From Akkermansiaceae bacterium (GTDB lineage Bacteria > Verrucomicrobiota > Verrucomicrobiia > Verrucomicrobiales > Akkermansiaceae): 64,000 bases of DNA. The notes beneath the pieces are model-generated. The model worked only from the letters and a program-made list of their open reading frames with translations. It did not search any database and was not told where the DNA came from. Positions 1 to 10,373 of this stretch are shown here, in pieces (positions within the stretch are counted from its first letter, which is position 1; every line of letters starts with the position of its first letter). The stretch spans positions 32,001 through 96,000 of the forward strand of contig JBPOGF010000008.1 of assembly GCA_051251915.1 (NCBI GenBank). Direction: 5' to 3'. A program made the translations under genes and the position numbers.

Positions 1-527
1 ACTTTTAACTCTTCCAGCAAGCGTGCTCCACCTATTCCAAGAAGCATATACTGTGCAGTCCTTGTAAGTCCATCTGAGTCATAAAGTCTGTGAGAAATCG
101 TGCGGGAAACGTGATCATTCTCATCAATATCCGTAGTAAGGAAATACATTGGCGCCGTTCCAAACGTATCTGCCGGAAGATACATAGCCTTCACCCAGAC
201 ATCTGCCCCATGGATTTTAATCGTATACTTGATCCCTGTATCCTTTAGGAAATGATAAATCTTACGTCTGTGTGAAACAGCCATTTCTCTATTCTCACCA
301 CGCACTTGATTATAATAACCAAATGACCACAAAATCCCGATCCCTATCTGGTTTTGCTTAAGGTCATAGACACTACGCATATGAGAGCCTGCCAAAAAAC
401 CAAGACCTCCAGAATAAATCTTCAAGGTCTGATCAATGGCGAATTCCATAGAAAAATAAGCAACACTCTTACTATATTCAGGAGCGATTTCGTAAGGATG
501 ACTAAAGGGCTGTGGTAAAAAACTCAT
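1..527 (-). CDS. glgP: Alpha-glucan (glycogen/starch) phosphorylase, 5' part only; runs off the window
   Basis: Not in the ORF track. Manual translation from ATG 527 gives MSFLPQPFSHPYEIAPEYSKSVAYFSMEFAIDQTLKIYSGGLGFLAGSHMRS, with the AYFSMEF and YSGGLGxLAG phosphorylase motifs. Confidence 0.9.
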   Translation of the reverse strand, partial: MSFLPQPFSHPYEIAPEYSKSVAYFSMEFAIDQTLKIYSGGLGFLAGSHMRSVYDLKQNQIGIGILWSFGYYNQVRGENREMAVSHRRKIYHFLKDTGIKYTIKIHGADVWVKAMYLPADTFGTAPMYFLTTDIDENDHVSRTISHRLYDSDGLTRTAQYMLLGIGGARLLEELK

Positions 528-701
528 AGATTATTTAAAATTATATTTTGTGGTTATCCGAAATTAATATACGAACTATCCTAGTGCGTCTAGCTACATT
601 TCCAGTTTCTCATTTTTATGACACAACTTCATTCCAACCCTTGCTACTTGCCTATACGAGTGTAGCTTCCCACCATATCTAACATTCTCAAAAGCATTAA
701 A

Positions 702-1556
702 ATGAATAGCAACTCACCAACATTCTCCAAATGGTTTCTCCATATCAGTGCCATGATAGCCATTTCTGGCGCCAGTGCCTGCCAGCAGAATGTTCCTACT
801 GATCAACTTACACAAACACCCCTTCAAACCACCCCTCAAAAAAAACTTACCCCTGTCATCGTCACACAACCACAAGCCATCCTCCCTACTAAACTGCATC
901 AAATCAAACACCAAGGCATTCAGTTCAACATCGTTACTTTCGACACCAGAAACCAGCAACTCATCGTCGCTGATCAACCAAAAGGGCCAGGCTCAACATG
1001 GGCAGACGCAGAAGCCGCAGCTAAAGCAAATAACGGCATCGCCGCCATCAACGCAGGCTTCTTCACCCCAGAAGGCTCCCCTCTAGGTATCGTCATTTCA
1101 AATGGCAGCAAACGTGGCTCTAACAACCCCTCATCATTAGGAACGGGTATCTTCTATCACACCCCTACCGGTGCCAGCATTTCGCGCAGAGCCATCTGGA
1201 CTAAGCTATCACAATCCCCTCCCTCTCACCTCCTCCAGTCTGGCCCCATGCTACTAGAAAACTCCAATCCAGTCGCAGGTTTATCTGACAAATCTTCACG
1301 CGTCAGATCCTTCATCGCCACCGATGGAAAAAAACACTGGTGTATCGGTCATGCTGAATCCTGCACTTTAGCACAGCTCTCCAAAGCTCTCACCTCATTA
1401 GAAACCCCTCAATTCAACCCAACCACTGCACTCAACCTTGACGGAGGACGCTCATCTGATCTATGGGTAGCTTCATCAGTAGCTGGCGGAGACAAAACAA
1501 TTCGCCCATTTTGGAATAAACCAGTGCTGAATTTCCTCATACTTAAAAGTAACTAA
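702..1556 (+). CDS. Phosphodiester glycosidase family (NAGPA/DUF2233-like) lipoprotein
   Basis: AAINAGFF, QSGPML, RSFIA and ALNLDGGRSS motifs; lipobox-like ASAC after a hydrophobic stretch. Confidence 0.8.
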   Translation: MNSNSPTFSKWFLHISAMIAISGASACQQNVPTDQLTQTPLQTTPQKKLTPVIVTQPQAILPTKLHQIKHQGIQFNIVTFDTRNQQLIVADQPKGPGSTWADAEAAAKANNGIAAINAGFFTPEGSPLGIVISNGSKRGSNNPSSLGTGIFYHTPTGASISRRAIWTKLSQSPPSHLLQSGPMLLENSNPVAGLSDKSSRVRSFIATDGKKHWCIGHAESCTLAQLSKALTSLETPQFNPTTALNLDGGRSSDLWVASSVAGGDKTIRPFWNKPVLNFLILKSN

Positions 1557-1568
1557 AACACTCACTTC

Positions 1569-2171
1569 ATGACACTTTCTAAATACAGAACTTTTCAACA
1601 AGTTCTCACCATGGCCTTTGCCATACTCAGCTTCTCCCAGTTAACTGCTTCGGCGAGACTTGAACAGGTATTACTACCAGTTAACGATAAAGACAAAAAA
1701 GTAACCTTCACTTTCTATCATTTCGATTCCTCAAAATCCGCCAGCCTAACAAACGTCAAAGAAAACATCGGCGAGAGCACCACTAACGCTAAAGCAGTAG
1801 CTGGTATCTCAGCATCTGCTACCACCAATATTTCCTACCAATCCGGCAAATTTACCATCCCGAATAATGCATTATTCGTCATCCAGAATGGGGCACTCAC
1901 AGGCGCGGTAAAAACAACAGGCATCCACAAACACACTCTCGTTCTAACAGATGGAAAAGGCCGCCACGCCATCGCTTACACCCCAAATGTTAGTACTACG
2001 GAACTCGGCTTCGCACTTAAAAATTTCCTCACATCAAGCAAAACAAAATTCACTACTGCCATAATCACAGACTCAGGAAACCAATGCGGATTCTACAAAA
2101 AAAATGGCAACTACAATCCCTATTACCTCAAAGAGCTCAAAAAGCCAGTTCAAGCCATCATCGTGAAATAA
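1569..2171 (+). CDS. Secreted hypothetical protein; divergent paralog of the upstream phosphodiester glycosidase
   Basis: Signal peptide; the C-terminal half aligns by eye with the upstream protein (LTDGKG vs ATDGKK; TTAIITDSG vs TTALNLDGG). Confidence 0.6.
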   Translation: MTLSKYRTFQQVLTMAFAILSFSQLTASARLEQVLLPVNDKDKKVTFTFYHFDSSKSASLTNVKENIGESTTNAKAVAGISASATTNISYQSGKFTIPNNALFVIQNGALTGAVKTTGIHKHTLVLTDGKGRHAIAYTPNVSTTELGFALKNFLTSSKTKFTTAIITDSGNQCGFYKKNGNYNPYYLKELKKPVQAIIVK

Positions 2172-2214
2172 CGATTCTTTTGAACAGCTATCTCCTCAAG
2201 TAGTCATATCCTAT

Positions 2215-2607
2215 GTGATCACTCTACTACTTCTCATTGCATTCATAGGCTTCCTTGCAGGCCTCACCATCCTAAAAACAAACAACATCTCCCCAGAACT
2301 ATTCAGTGTTCTACAAAACGTCCCCTACCATGACAAATTAGGGCATCTCATCCTCATGGGAATTCTCGCTTACCTAGCTGTCGCCACGTTTTCTCCACGA
2401 CTTAAAATCAACAACCACAAACACCCACACTTAATCGTAGGAAGCTGTGTCGCCACCATCATTATCATTGAGGAAACCTCACAGTCTTACTTCCCCACCC
2501 GTAGCTGCTCATGGCTAGATGCAGCAGCAGGCATAACCGGAGTTTTTATAGCCATCTTCATCTACAAAAAAACCGCAGCCTACCGCAAGAAACCTCTAGC
2601 TTCCTAA
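2215..2607 (+). CDS. VanZ family membrane protein
   Basis: DKLGH motif, E..Q.YFPTRSCSWLD motif, several TM segments. Confidence 0.8.
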   Translation: MITLLLLIAFIGFLAGLTILKTNNISPELFSVLQNVPYHDKLGHLILMGILAYLAVATFSPRLKINNHKHPHLIVGSCVATIIIIEETSQSYFPTRSCSWLDAAAGITGVFIAIFIYKKTAAYRKKPLAS

Positions 2608-2611
2608 AGTC

Positions 2612-2857
2612 CTAATCCTCAGATTTTAAAATCATCTGAAAAAGCTGATCTTTCAGTGCCAATCGATGCGCCTTCTGCTGAGTCGCGAACTCATCACTAG
2701 TCGTCTCTATATTCTCCTCAATTCGGTGCACCTGTTTATCTGAATCATGATATTCATCAAATAACCTAGCAAAATGGTTATCCTCTAATTTCAAGCGGTG
2801 AATCGTCTCCTTATGTTCTGGTAACTCGTGTAGTAAATCGTGTTTTTCTATTGGCAT
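2612..2857 (-). CDS. YdcH/DUF465 family protein
   Basis: HDL.HE.PE...I..LK..D.HF..LF.EY...D pattern and C-terminal RLALKD. Confidence 0.8.
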   Translation of the reverse strand: MPIEKHDLLHELPEHKETIHRLKLEDNHFARLFDEYHDSDKQVHRIEENIETTSDEFATQQKAHRLALKDQLFQMILKSED

Positions 2858-2944
2858 AAATTTTATTGTTTAATTCACCTAAAATCTAACAGCACCTCAC
2901 ACTCCCTGCCACGCATAACTTGTCATCCGCAGCACCAAATCTGC

Positions 2945-4696
2945 CTACCTAGATTTTAACCAGGCCTCAATCTCAACCAAATTTTTCGTATTAATCACAT
3001 CATCCTTCGTCAGCCACCCCTTCCGAGCCAGCCGCACCCCGTAAGATAAATACTGCAACTGCTCAGTCCTATGCGCATCCGGATTAATACTACACTTCAC
3101 CCCCTTTTCCTTAGCCTTCTTCCAATGACGCCAATCCATATCCAACCGCATAGGACTACAATTCAACTCAATCACCGTCCCCGTAGCCGCAGCACAATCA
3201 ATGATCTTATCCACATTCACAGCATAAGGATTCCGCTTAAGCAATAACCTCCCCGTCACATGCCCCAGCATCGTCACATACTCATTCTCCATTGCCTTAA
3301 TAATCCTCGCCGTCATCTCCTTCTCTGGCAACGTAAAAGCATTATGCACAGACGCCACACAGTAATCTAACTGCTTCAACACATCATCCGGAAAATCCAA
3401 ACTCCCATCCTTTAAAATATCCACCTCAGATCCCGCCAGCAACTTAAACTTACCACCCCACTCCGGATTCCCATTCAGCCTCCCTATCTCCTCCACCTGC
3501 CTCAACAACCGATCCGCATACAAGCCACTCGCCTGAAACGATGACTTACTATGATCCGCTATCCCCAGATACTCCAACCCCAGATCAATCGCAGCCTCTG
3601 CCATCTCCTCCAAACTATTCCGCCCATCAGACGCCGTAGTATGATTATGGAACGTCCCTCGCAGATTCTCTAACTCTATCAACTTCGGAATCTCCCCTCC
3701 AGAAGAGAAATCAGCCGCCTCTATCTCCCCCCTATTCTCCCTCAACTCAGGCGGTATAAAATCCAGCCCAAGTGCCCTATAAATATCAGCCTCATCATTC
3801 ACCTCAGGCAGCTCCACACTTTCATCCTCTCCCTGAAAATCATACTCATTCAGCGACCACCCCCTCAGCTTAGCCCGCTTCCGCAACTCCACATTATGCT
3901 CCTTACTCCCACTAAAATACTGCAAAGCAAATGGATACGCCGCATTAGAAACAGCCCTCAAGTCACACTGTAACCCATCATCCAACCGGATCGATGCCTT
4001 CGTATCCCCACACACAATCACAGAACTTACCTCTGGCAACTTACTAAAATACTCCGTCAACTCAGCTGGGCTATCCGTCGCCACTAAAATATCAATATCA
4101 TGCAAAATCTCCTTAGACCTCCTATACGACCCCGCATGAGTACAACGCAACGTAGCCGGATGCTCTCTAACATACTCTAACAACGTCTCCGCCATCACCG
4201 ACACACTCCCCAGTCTAAAATGACTCGCAAACTTCTCCTTCAGCTCAATAGCCTCCAAAATCTTCTCCACCGTCTTCGCCCCAAACCCACTCAACTCAGC
4301 CACCTTCCCACTCACACACACCTCCTTCAGCGCCGCCACAGAATCCACCCCCAGCTTATCATAAAGAGCCTTTATCTTCTTCGGCCCCAGCCCAGACAAA
4401 TCAAACAACGCAAACAACCCCTCAGGAAATTCCGCCCTCAAATTCTCATAATAACTCATCCTCCCTGTCTGCACCAACTCCGCCACCTTCTCCTGCAACG
4501 CCTTACCAAATCCCTTCACCCCTCCCAGATTCCCCTCCTTCGCCAGAGCTATCACATCCTCCTCCACATTCATCACTGCCTCAGCACCATTCCTGTAAGC
4601 CCTAGTTTTAAAGACATTCTCCCCCTTCAGCTCCAGTAAAAGTGCTATTTCCTCTAAAATCTCCGCTATATCTTCACGTCCTATCTCCATAGCCAT
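2945..4696 (-). CDS. polX: DNA polymerase X / 3'-5' exonuclease (PolX-PHP)
   Basis: ENVFKTRAY, HhH GLGPKK, GSYRR..HDID..CDLR catalytic triad, GSKEHN; PHP motifs HNHT.ASDG, DHS, DAH. Start could be 4717, 4696 or 4690. Confidence 0.93.
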   Translation of the reverse strand: MAMEIGREDIAEILEEIALLLELKGENVFKTRAYRNGAEAVMNVEEDVIALAKEGNLGGVKGFGKALQEKVAELVQTGRMSYYENLRAEFPEGLFALFDLSGLGPKKIKALYDKLGVDSVAALKEVCVSGKVAELSGFGAKTVEKILEAIELKEKFASHFRLGSVSVMAETLLEYVREHPATLRCTHAGSYRRSKEILHDIDILVATDSPAELTEYFSKLPEVSSVIVCGDTKASIRLDDGLQCDLRAVSNAAYPFALQYFSGSKEHNVELRKRAKLRGWSLNEYDFQGEDESVELPEVNDEADIYRALGLDFIPPELRENRGEIEAADFSSGGEIPKLIELENLRGTFHNHTTASDGRNSLEEMAEAAIDLGLEYLGIADHSKSSFQASGLYADRLLRQVEEIGRLNGNPEWGGKFKLLAGSEVDILKDGSLDFPDDVLKQLDYCVASVHNAFTLPEKEMTARIIKAMENEYVTMLGHVTGRLLLKRNPYAVNVDKIIDCAAATGTVIELNCSPMRLDMDWRHWKKAKEKGVKCSINPDAHRTEQLQYLSYGVRLARKGWLTKDDVINTKNLVEIEAWLKSR

Positions 4697-4773
4697 ATTC
4701 AAGCGAACTCTCCCCATAAATCAAAACAAATATCGTCATTGCCAAGCCATCTACTCTAGTTTAGAAAACTAAC

Positions 4774-5316
4774 ATGTCTTTTTTCGCTATCACCCTATCC
4801 CTACTCGCACTGAGCCTTAGTTCCTTAACCAGTGCAGGTGATCTCATCGCCAACCTCAACTACGGCGATACCCGTGAAACCGCCACCAGAAAACTCAAAA
4901 ATAGCCCACTCCTAAAAGCCAACATCGCCGACAACCTATTCGGCAGAGTCGGACTCAACGGATCATTCACCACCACCCGAGATCTCGCAGGATTGAAATT
5001 CTCACTCTATTTCGATTGGTCAGAATCTCGCGAACTCCAACAAATCACCTTCCGCTCAGACGCTCTCCCAGATGGAGCATATGACCAACGACTCAAAACA
5101 TCCTGGACACAAGCCAGTAACCTACTCTCATCCATGCACGGAGCCACCAGCAACGCTGGAGAATACCCTAAGCAAAGCGAAATTAAACCAGGAACCATGC
5201 GTTACTCACACGAATGGAAAACCCACAACGGCTACATCTACCTCGGCACAGGCCAAGAAACCAAAGGCTACAGCCTCGTCATCACCTTCTCTGAAGTCTC
5301 TCTCGACGCCCAGTAA
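4774..5316 (+). CDS. Secreted hypothetical protein
   Basis: 180-aa ORF with signal peptide; TTGCCA-17-TAGAAA promoter-like sequence 6 nt before ATG. Confidence 0.7.
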   Translation: MSFFAITLSLLALSLSSLTSAGDLIANLNYGDTRETATRKLKNSPLLKANIADNLFGRVGLNGSFTTTRDLAGLKFSLYFDWSESRELQQITFRSDALPDGAYDQRLKTSWTQASNLLSSMHGATSNAGEYPKQSEIKPGTMRYSHEWKTHNGYIYLGTGQETKGYSLVITFSEVSLDAQ

Positions 5317-5335
5317 ATAACGGACACCAAACCCC

Positions 5336-7276
5336 ATGCTGTCGCCACACCAGGCACTCCAGAAATACTTCGGCCTCCCAGATTTTCGCCCCGCCCAGCT
5401 CGAAATCATCGAGCACATCCTAGCGGGCAACAACACCCTAGCCACCCTTCCCACCGGCTCAGGAAAATCCCTCACCTTCCAACTCCCCTCATTTCTTCTC
5501 AGAAATCACGGCACCACCGTCGTCATCTCCCCGCTCCTCTCACTCATCCGAGACCAAGTCCAGAAACTCCAGCAGCAAGGCATCGCCGCCGCCCAGCTAG
5601 ACTCCACCCTCACCACCCAAGAGCGAAATCATAATCTAACAGAACTCAAAGCCGGCAACATCCAGCTCCTCTACACCTCCCCAGAAACTCTCTCTAACCC
5701 ACAACTGTTAGAAATTTTAAAACAAATCGACATCTCCCTCGTCGCCATAGATGAAGCCCACTGCTACTCAGAATGGGGCCACTCCTTCCGCCCCTCCTAC
5801 CTCTCCCTCCCCCACCTCACCCGCGCCATCAAGCCCCACGCAGTCCTAGCACTCACAGCCACCGCCACCAGAAAAGTCGCCTCAGACATCCGCAAAGCCT
5901 TCCGCATCAAGACCGCCTACCACATCTCCTCATCCCCCAGACGCGCCAACCTCTCCTACACCATCATCCCCACCGAGGACCAACAACGCCCCGACCACCT
6001 CTCCTCCATCCTCGCCAAGCCCCACCACCTCCCCGCCATCGTCTACGCCATGCGCCAAGAACAATGCGAGGAAATCGCCCACCACCTCTCCTCCACCGGA
6101 CTACGCGCCAAATCCTACCACGCAGGCATGTCCACCACATCCCGCAAAACTATCCAGGACGACTTCCTCTCAGGCAAAACCCAAGTCATCGTAGCCACCA
6201 TCGCCTTCGGAATGGGAGTCGATAAATCAAACATCCGCTCCATCATCCACTACCACCTCCCCAAGTCCCCAGAAGGCTGGATGCAAGAATCCGGCCGCGC
6301 AGGCAGAGACGCATCCCCCGCCCACACCTACCTCCTAGCCTGCGCAGCAGACACCATCCCACTCACCAACTTCATCCGCGCCCGTGAACTCCCAGAATCC
6401 TCCATCCACCGCCTCGTCACCACCCTCACATCACAAGGAAAATCCGCAGTAATTCAGCCCTACCACACCCGCGTAAACCTAGGAATGCTATCCACCACCC
6501 TAGACGTCCTACTCGCCAAACTCGAACTCCTCAAAATCTCCAAATACACCCACACCACCTGGCGCTACATCAAAATGAACGTCCTCTACGGCAGAACCTT
6601 CAACCTATCAGACTACCCCAAAAAACACCAAAAAGCCCTCAACCACCTCCTCAACATGGAAGGCCTATACACCCGCTATGACCTACACGACGCCCCCACA
6701 GACTTCGGCATCCCAACCGAAAAACTCTACCAAACCCTCCTAGAAATCAAACAATCAGGAGAATGCTACATGCGCTTCTCCGGCTGGCAAAAACACTACA
6801 AAATCCTCAAACCCCTAAACCCAGACCAAGTCACCGAACTCACCACCACACTCTACCAATACCACCAAAACCAACTCACCCACGACGAACTCCGCCTCCA
6901 AGAAGTCCAGCGCATCGCCACCACTCGCGCCTGCATCCCCGTCCAATTCGAGAAATGGTTCTCCGTCCCCAAAGCCCAGCTAAAACCCTGCAACAACTGC
7001 TCATCCTGCTACAACGAAAAACGCCCCACAAAACTTACCCCCAGCTCCAACAAAAAACTTACCTCTAACATCACCGACGCCCAACTCACCACCATCAAAG
7101 AATTCCTCACCAAAAAGAAAAAATACATCCACACCCCCGCCCAGCTCACCTGCATCCTCTGCGGCATCGGCACCCCCTACATCCGCCACTACCGCCTCCA
7201 CCTCCACCCCATCTTCAGCACCTTCCAACACATCCCCTACGACGACATCCACCCCTACTCCATAGCCCTCCTCTAA
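5336..7276 (+). CDS. RecQ family ATP-dependent DNA helicase (RecS/RecQ2-like, no HRDC recognised)
   Basis: LPTGSGKS, DEAHC.SEWGHSFRP, ALTATA, ATIAFGMGVDK, QESGRAGRD, C-terminal CNNCSSC Zn motif. Confidence 0.92.
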   Translation: MLSPHQALQKYFGLPDFRPAQLEIIEHILAGNNTLATLPTGSGKSLTFQLPSFLLRNHGTTVVISPLLSLIRDQVQKLQQQGIAAAQLDSTLTTQERNHNLTELKAGNIQLLYTSPETLSNPQLLEILKQIDISLVAIDEAHCYSEWGHSFRPSYLSLPHLTRAIKPHAVLALTATATRKVASDIRKAFRIKTAYHISSSPRRANLSYTIIPTEDQQRPDHLSSILAKPHHLPAIVYAMRQEQCEEIAHHLSSTGLRAKSYHAGMSTTSRKTIQDDFLSGKTQVIVATIAFGMGVDKSNIRSIIHYHLPKSPEGWMQESGRAGRDASPAHTYLLACAADTIPLTNFIRARELPESSIHRLVTTLTSQGKSAVIQPYHTRVNLGMLSTTLDVLLAKLELLKISKYTHTTWRYIKMNVLYGRTFNLSDYPKKHQKALNHLLNMEGLYTRYDLHDAPTDFGIPTEKLYQTLLEIKQSGECYMRFSGWQKHYKILKPLNPDQVTELTTTLYQYHQNQLTHDELRLQEVQRIATTRACIPVQFEKWFSVPKAQLKPCNNCSSCYNEKRPTKLTPSSNKKLTSNITDAQLTTIKEFLTKKKKYIHTPAQLTCILCGIGTPYIRHYRLHLHPIFSTFQHIPYDDIHPYSIALL

Positions 7277-7304
7277 AAACGCCCCACACAATCAGCGAAA
7301 CAAA

Positions 7305-7982
7305 TTAACCCAAAGGACACCGATAACCTACTCCCCTCACCGTCTGAATGATCTCAGGACTCCCTGGCTCCCGCTCTATCTTCTTTCTCAACATCAAAAT
7401 ATGCTGATCCAGAGTTCTCGAATCAGGAAAATAATCCACCCCCCAACAATGATCCAGAAACTGATCACGAGACACGACATCCCCCTTACACCGATACAAA
7501 AGCATAAGCATATTCACCTCTCTTGGAGTCAGATCTATCCGTTCCTCCCCCCTCCTCGCTAATAACTGAAGCGGAAAAACCTCAATATCTAACATCTCAA
7601 ATTGAGTCTCGTTTTTCACCGCTGAACTACGCCTCAAAGTAGCCCGGATACGCGCCATCACCTCCCCCCGCGAAAACGGTTTTCTAATGAAATCATCCGC
7701 CCCAAGATCTAACCCTACCACCACATCGGCCTCCTCATTTTTAGCAGAAAGAAACAGGATAGGCACATCCGCATCACTCTCCCTGATCTCCTTACAAACC
7801 TCATAACCATTACAATTCGGCATCATAATATCTAAGCAAACAATATCAGGACTCTCACTCCTCCACAGCGCCAATGCCTCCACACCATCATTCGCCCGTA
7901 ACGACTGAAACCCCTCACGCTCAACACAAGCAGCCAAAGCCTCAAGCGTCAGCGGATCATCATCCGCTAGTAAAATCTTCAT
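7305..7982 (-). CDS. OmpR/PhoB-family response regulator
   Basis: KILLADDD, LDIMMP, KPF, winged-helix RTLDQHI..LRKKIE..VRGVGY. Start at 7982 has SD AAGGAGGT and an ATGA overlap with the kinase stop. Confidence 0.92.
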   Translation of the reverse strand: MKILLADDDPLTLEALAACVEREGFQSLRANDGVEALALWRSESPDIVCLDIMMPNCNGYEVCKEIRESDADVPILFLSAKNEEADVVVGLDLGADDFIRKPFSRGEVMARIRATLRRSSAVKNETQFEMLDIEVFPLQLLARRGEERIDLTPREVNMLMLLYRCKGDVVSRDQFLDHCWGVDYFPDSRTLDQHILMLRKKIEREPGSPEIIQTVRGVGYRCPLG

Positions 7983-9553
7983 AACTTTACCTCCTTCTGA
8001 TCCACCAGTGATCCCATCACAACACAAGGAACAGATAACTCAAAATGACATCCCTTCTCAGTCTCTAACAACCTTAGATTCCCCCCTAACCTCTCAGCCA
8101 GTTCACGTGCAATCGATAAGCCTAAACCAGTCCCACTAGAGCCTTCAGCCACTATACTCTGAACCCTCTCAAATGATCGAAAAATCCTCCCCTGAGCATT
8201 CTCCGGAACTCCATCACCTCGGTCCTCTACAGAAATGATCAACTTCCCATTACTCATACGGCTTGTTACCCTCATCCACTTCCCTGCATAAGCATACTTC
8301 TCCACATTAGATATAAGATTCGCCACTATCTGACTCAGAGCATCAGAACTAGTTTCAACTTCCCCACCAACACTTAAATCAGACTCTATCGTAATCCCCC
8401 GCCTAACCAGCGCAGGCAGAAACGATTCCAAAATATGACTAATCACCTCGTCAGGATCACACCCCTCCACCTCTAATTCTAAACCACCTCGATCCATCCG
8501 AGAAAACGTCAGAACATTCGCCACCATACGATTCAGACGACTAATCTCCTCAGAAACAACCCCCAATCGGCGCCTCGTATCTACAGATTCGCCGTCAATA
8601 GACTCAGCTATCAAATCCAAATTCAACGTCACATTCGTCAACGGAGAACCAAACTCATGAGACACCTGATTCACAAAAGAAACCCTCTGCTTCGCTAACT
8701 TCAACGACCGCATCTGTTGCTGATAAAGCAAATACCCACTCAACAAAAAAATCACAGCCAACAACATAGCCAAGCTAAGCGTCAATGGATCTCGGTATGA
8801 CTTCACCGTCACCCCATTCCACGCCTGAACTAGCCACTCCCCAGCATAGGTCCGCATCGGCACTACCAAGGCAGCCAAGCTCTCCCTCTCATCCTTAGCT
8901 TCAGCATAAAGCACACTCCCACCAGGCCGGCTAACACTGAACTGAGTTGAGTCAACAATCAAGGGCTCCATTCTAGCAGGAAGCCACTCATTCAAATGTC
9001 CACTACTAACCGCCAACCACTTCTCCTTATCAATCACTATCGCCACAAGTTTCCCCTCCTCAGCATGACTCCAATACACAAAATGCCCACCTTCAGGAGA
9101 CACAACCCACCCAGACTTCCCAACCACCCCATCCTCAAAATAACTCTTAGGAAGAATCACCGCACGCTTCTCATCAAAAGGCAACTTAAGCCCTTCTACA
9201 CTTACCTCCGGTAACGCTCTCCCTCGCGACGAACCAATCACATCAAATTCCTTCACTCTAGATTTCTCAGAAAACAATGCCATAGCCTCAAAGCAAGCTA
9301 ACTCCTCAGCAAACTCTTTCACCTTCTCGTCTTCATCATTCACATAGCCTTCTACCAGGTAATCTAGATGCCCCACATAAAGGCCATCCAGCCGATCCAA
9401 CTCAGCCTCTAAAGCTGAAGAAAAATCCAATAACAAATCCCGATCAACAGGAATACGCTCCACCACCTCACGCCTAGACAAGCGCTCCCCCACCACAGCC
9501 GTAAACACAGCCAAGATAAACATAGGGATCAAAGTGAAGCTTAAAGAACGCAT
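7979..9553 (-). CDS. Sensor histidine kinase (two TM helices, HisKA, HATPase)
   Basis: FVNQVSHEFGSPLT H-box, NLISNVEKY N-box, DRGDG, GTGLGL. Confidence 0.92.
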   Translation of the reverse strand: MRSLSFTLIPMFILAVFTAVVGERLSRREVVERIPVDRDLLLDFSSALEAELDRLDGLYVGHLDYLVEGYVNDEDEKVKEFAEELACFEAMALFSEKSRVKEFDVIGSSRGRALPEVSVEGLKLPFDEKRAVILPKSYFEDGVVGKSGWVVSPEGGHFVYWSHAEEGKLVAIVIDKEKWLAVSSGHLNEWLPARMEPLIVDSTQFSVSRPGGSVLYAEAKDERESLAALVVPMRTYAGEWLVQAWNGVTVKSYRDPLTLSLAMLLAVIFLLSGYLLYQQQMRSLKLAKQRVSFVNQVSHEFGSPLTNVTLNLDLIAESIDGESVDTRRRLGVVSEEISRLNRMVANVLTFSRMDRGGLELEVEGCDPDEVISHILESFLPALVRRGITIESDLSVGGEVETSSDALSQIVANLISNVEKYAYAGKWMRVTSRMSNGKLIISVEDRGDGVPENAQGRIFRSFERVQSIVAEGSSGTGLGLSIARELAERLGGNLRLLETEKGCHFELSVPCVVMGSLVDQKEVKL

Positions 9554-9574
9554 CCTAATTCAATAACCAGCCTA

Positions 9575-10339
9575 CTACTTTACAAGATTCATCGTCATCA
9601 CCGCAAACCACACTCTCTTAGACATATCATCTCCCTCCTCTGATAACGGTGGTCGACTCAGTGTACCTAACATGTAAGGCTTGCTCAACTCACAAGTAAC
9701 TCCTGTCTTCAAGCTTTGCGTCTCAAACATCGGCATCGTCAGCATACCCGCTCCCTTCCCGATTTCTTTCTCACCCGTGTAAGAAACTAACTCGGCATCT
9801 ACTCGGACATCACAAAAAGCATGCCCACTACCTAAAATTGGCTCCACTTCAAGACTCAAACCCACATGCCGTGTCTCAAAAGCACAAGCTACCAAATAAC
9901 TGAGCACATCACCATTCTTAGACATATCCCCAGCAACCTTAGCTTTATTCACATCAGCTTTCTTTAAACTCATTATAGGATCATACTCAGTAGGATAAAT
10001 CATCTCTTTCACTGATGTACTAGCACTCCTTTCTCCTGATCTCCCTCTAGCGACAGTCACGGACTCCAGCTTGGCCTGTTTCCCTAGTATCTCATACATC
10101 TCCTTATCAGAATGATTAGCTCGCATTAACGTTGCAGCCTCTTCAGTCGTGACAGAAAATAATTCGAACACTGCCGACAAAGTTACCGGCTTACTCGCTC
10201 TACCCTTCTGCTCATTCTTCGATACTTTCTTTTTTACATAAGGATCTTCTGCAAAAGGATCCTTCGCTTCCTGAGCGTATAAACCAGAAGTCAAAAGAAC
10301 AGTCGATAAAATCGTATTTAATATAGTTTTGTATTTCAT
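9575..10339 (-). CDS. Exported protein resembling a secretin C-terminal fragment
   Basis: Signal peptide from MKYK (ATG 10339); KEMIYPTEYDP and AFETRHVGLSLEVEP resemble verrucomicrobial secretin-type segments. Confidence 0.55.
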   Translation of the reverse strand: MKYKTILNTILSTVLLTSGLYAQEAKDPFAEDPYVKKKVSKNEQKGRASKPVTLSAVFELFSVTTEEAATLMRANHSDKEMYEILGKQAKLESVTVARGRSGERSASTSVKEMIYPTEYDPIMSLKKADVNKAKVAGDMSKNGDVLSYLVACAFETRHVGLSLEVEPILGSGHAFCDVRVDAELVSYTGEKEIGKGAGMLTMPMFETQSLKTGVTCELSKPYMLGTLSRPPLSEEGDDMSKRVWFAVMTMNLVK

Positions 10340-10373
10340 AACATCCGCACAATAACTCAATTGCACTCTACTT

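Noticed and set aside
7030..7073. Tandem motif copies in recQ as a CRISPR-like or IS-related repeat
   Set aside because: Only two short copies, in frame, with no spacer array, cas gene or transposase.
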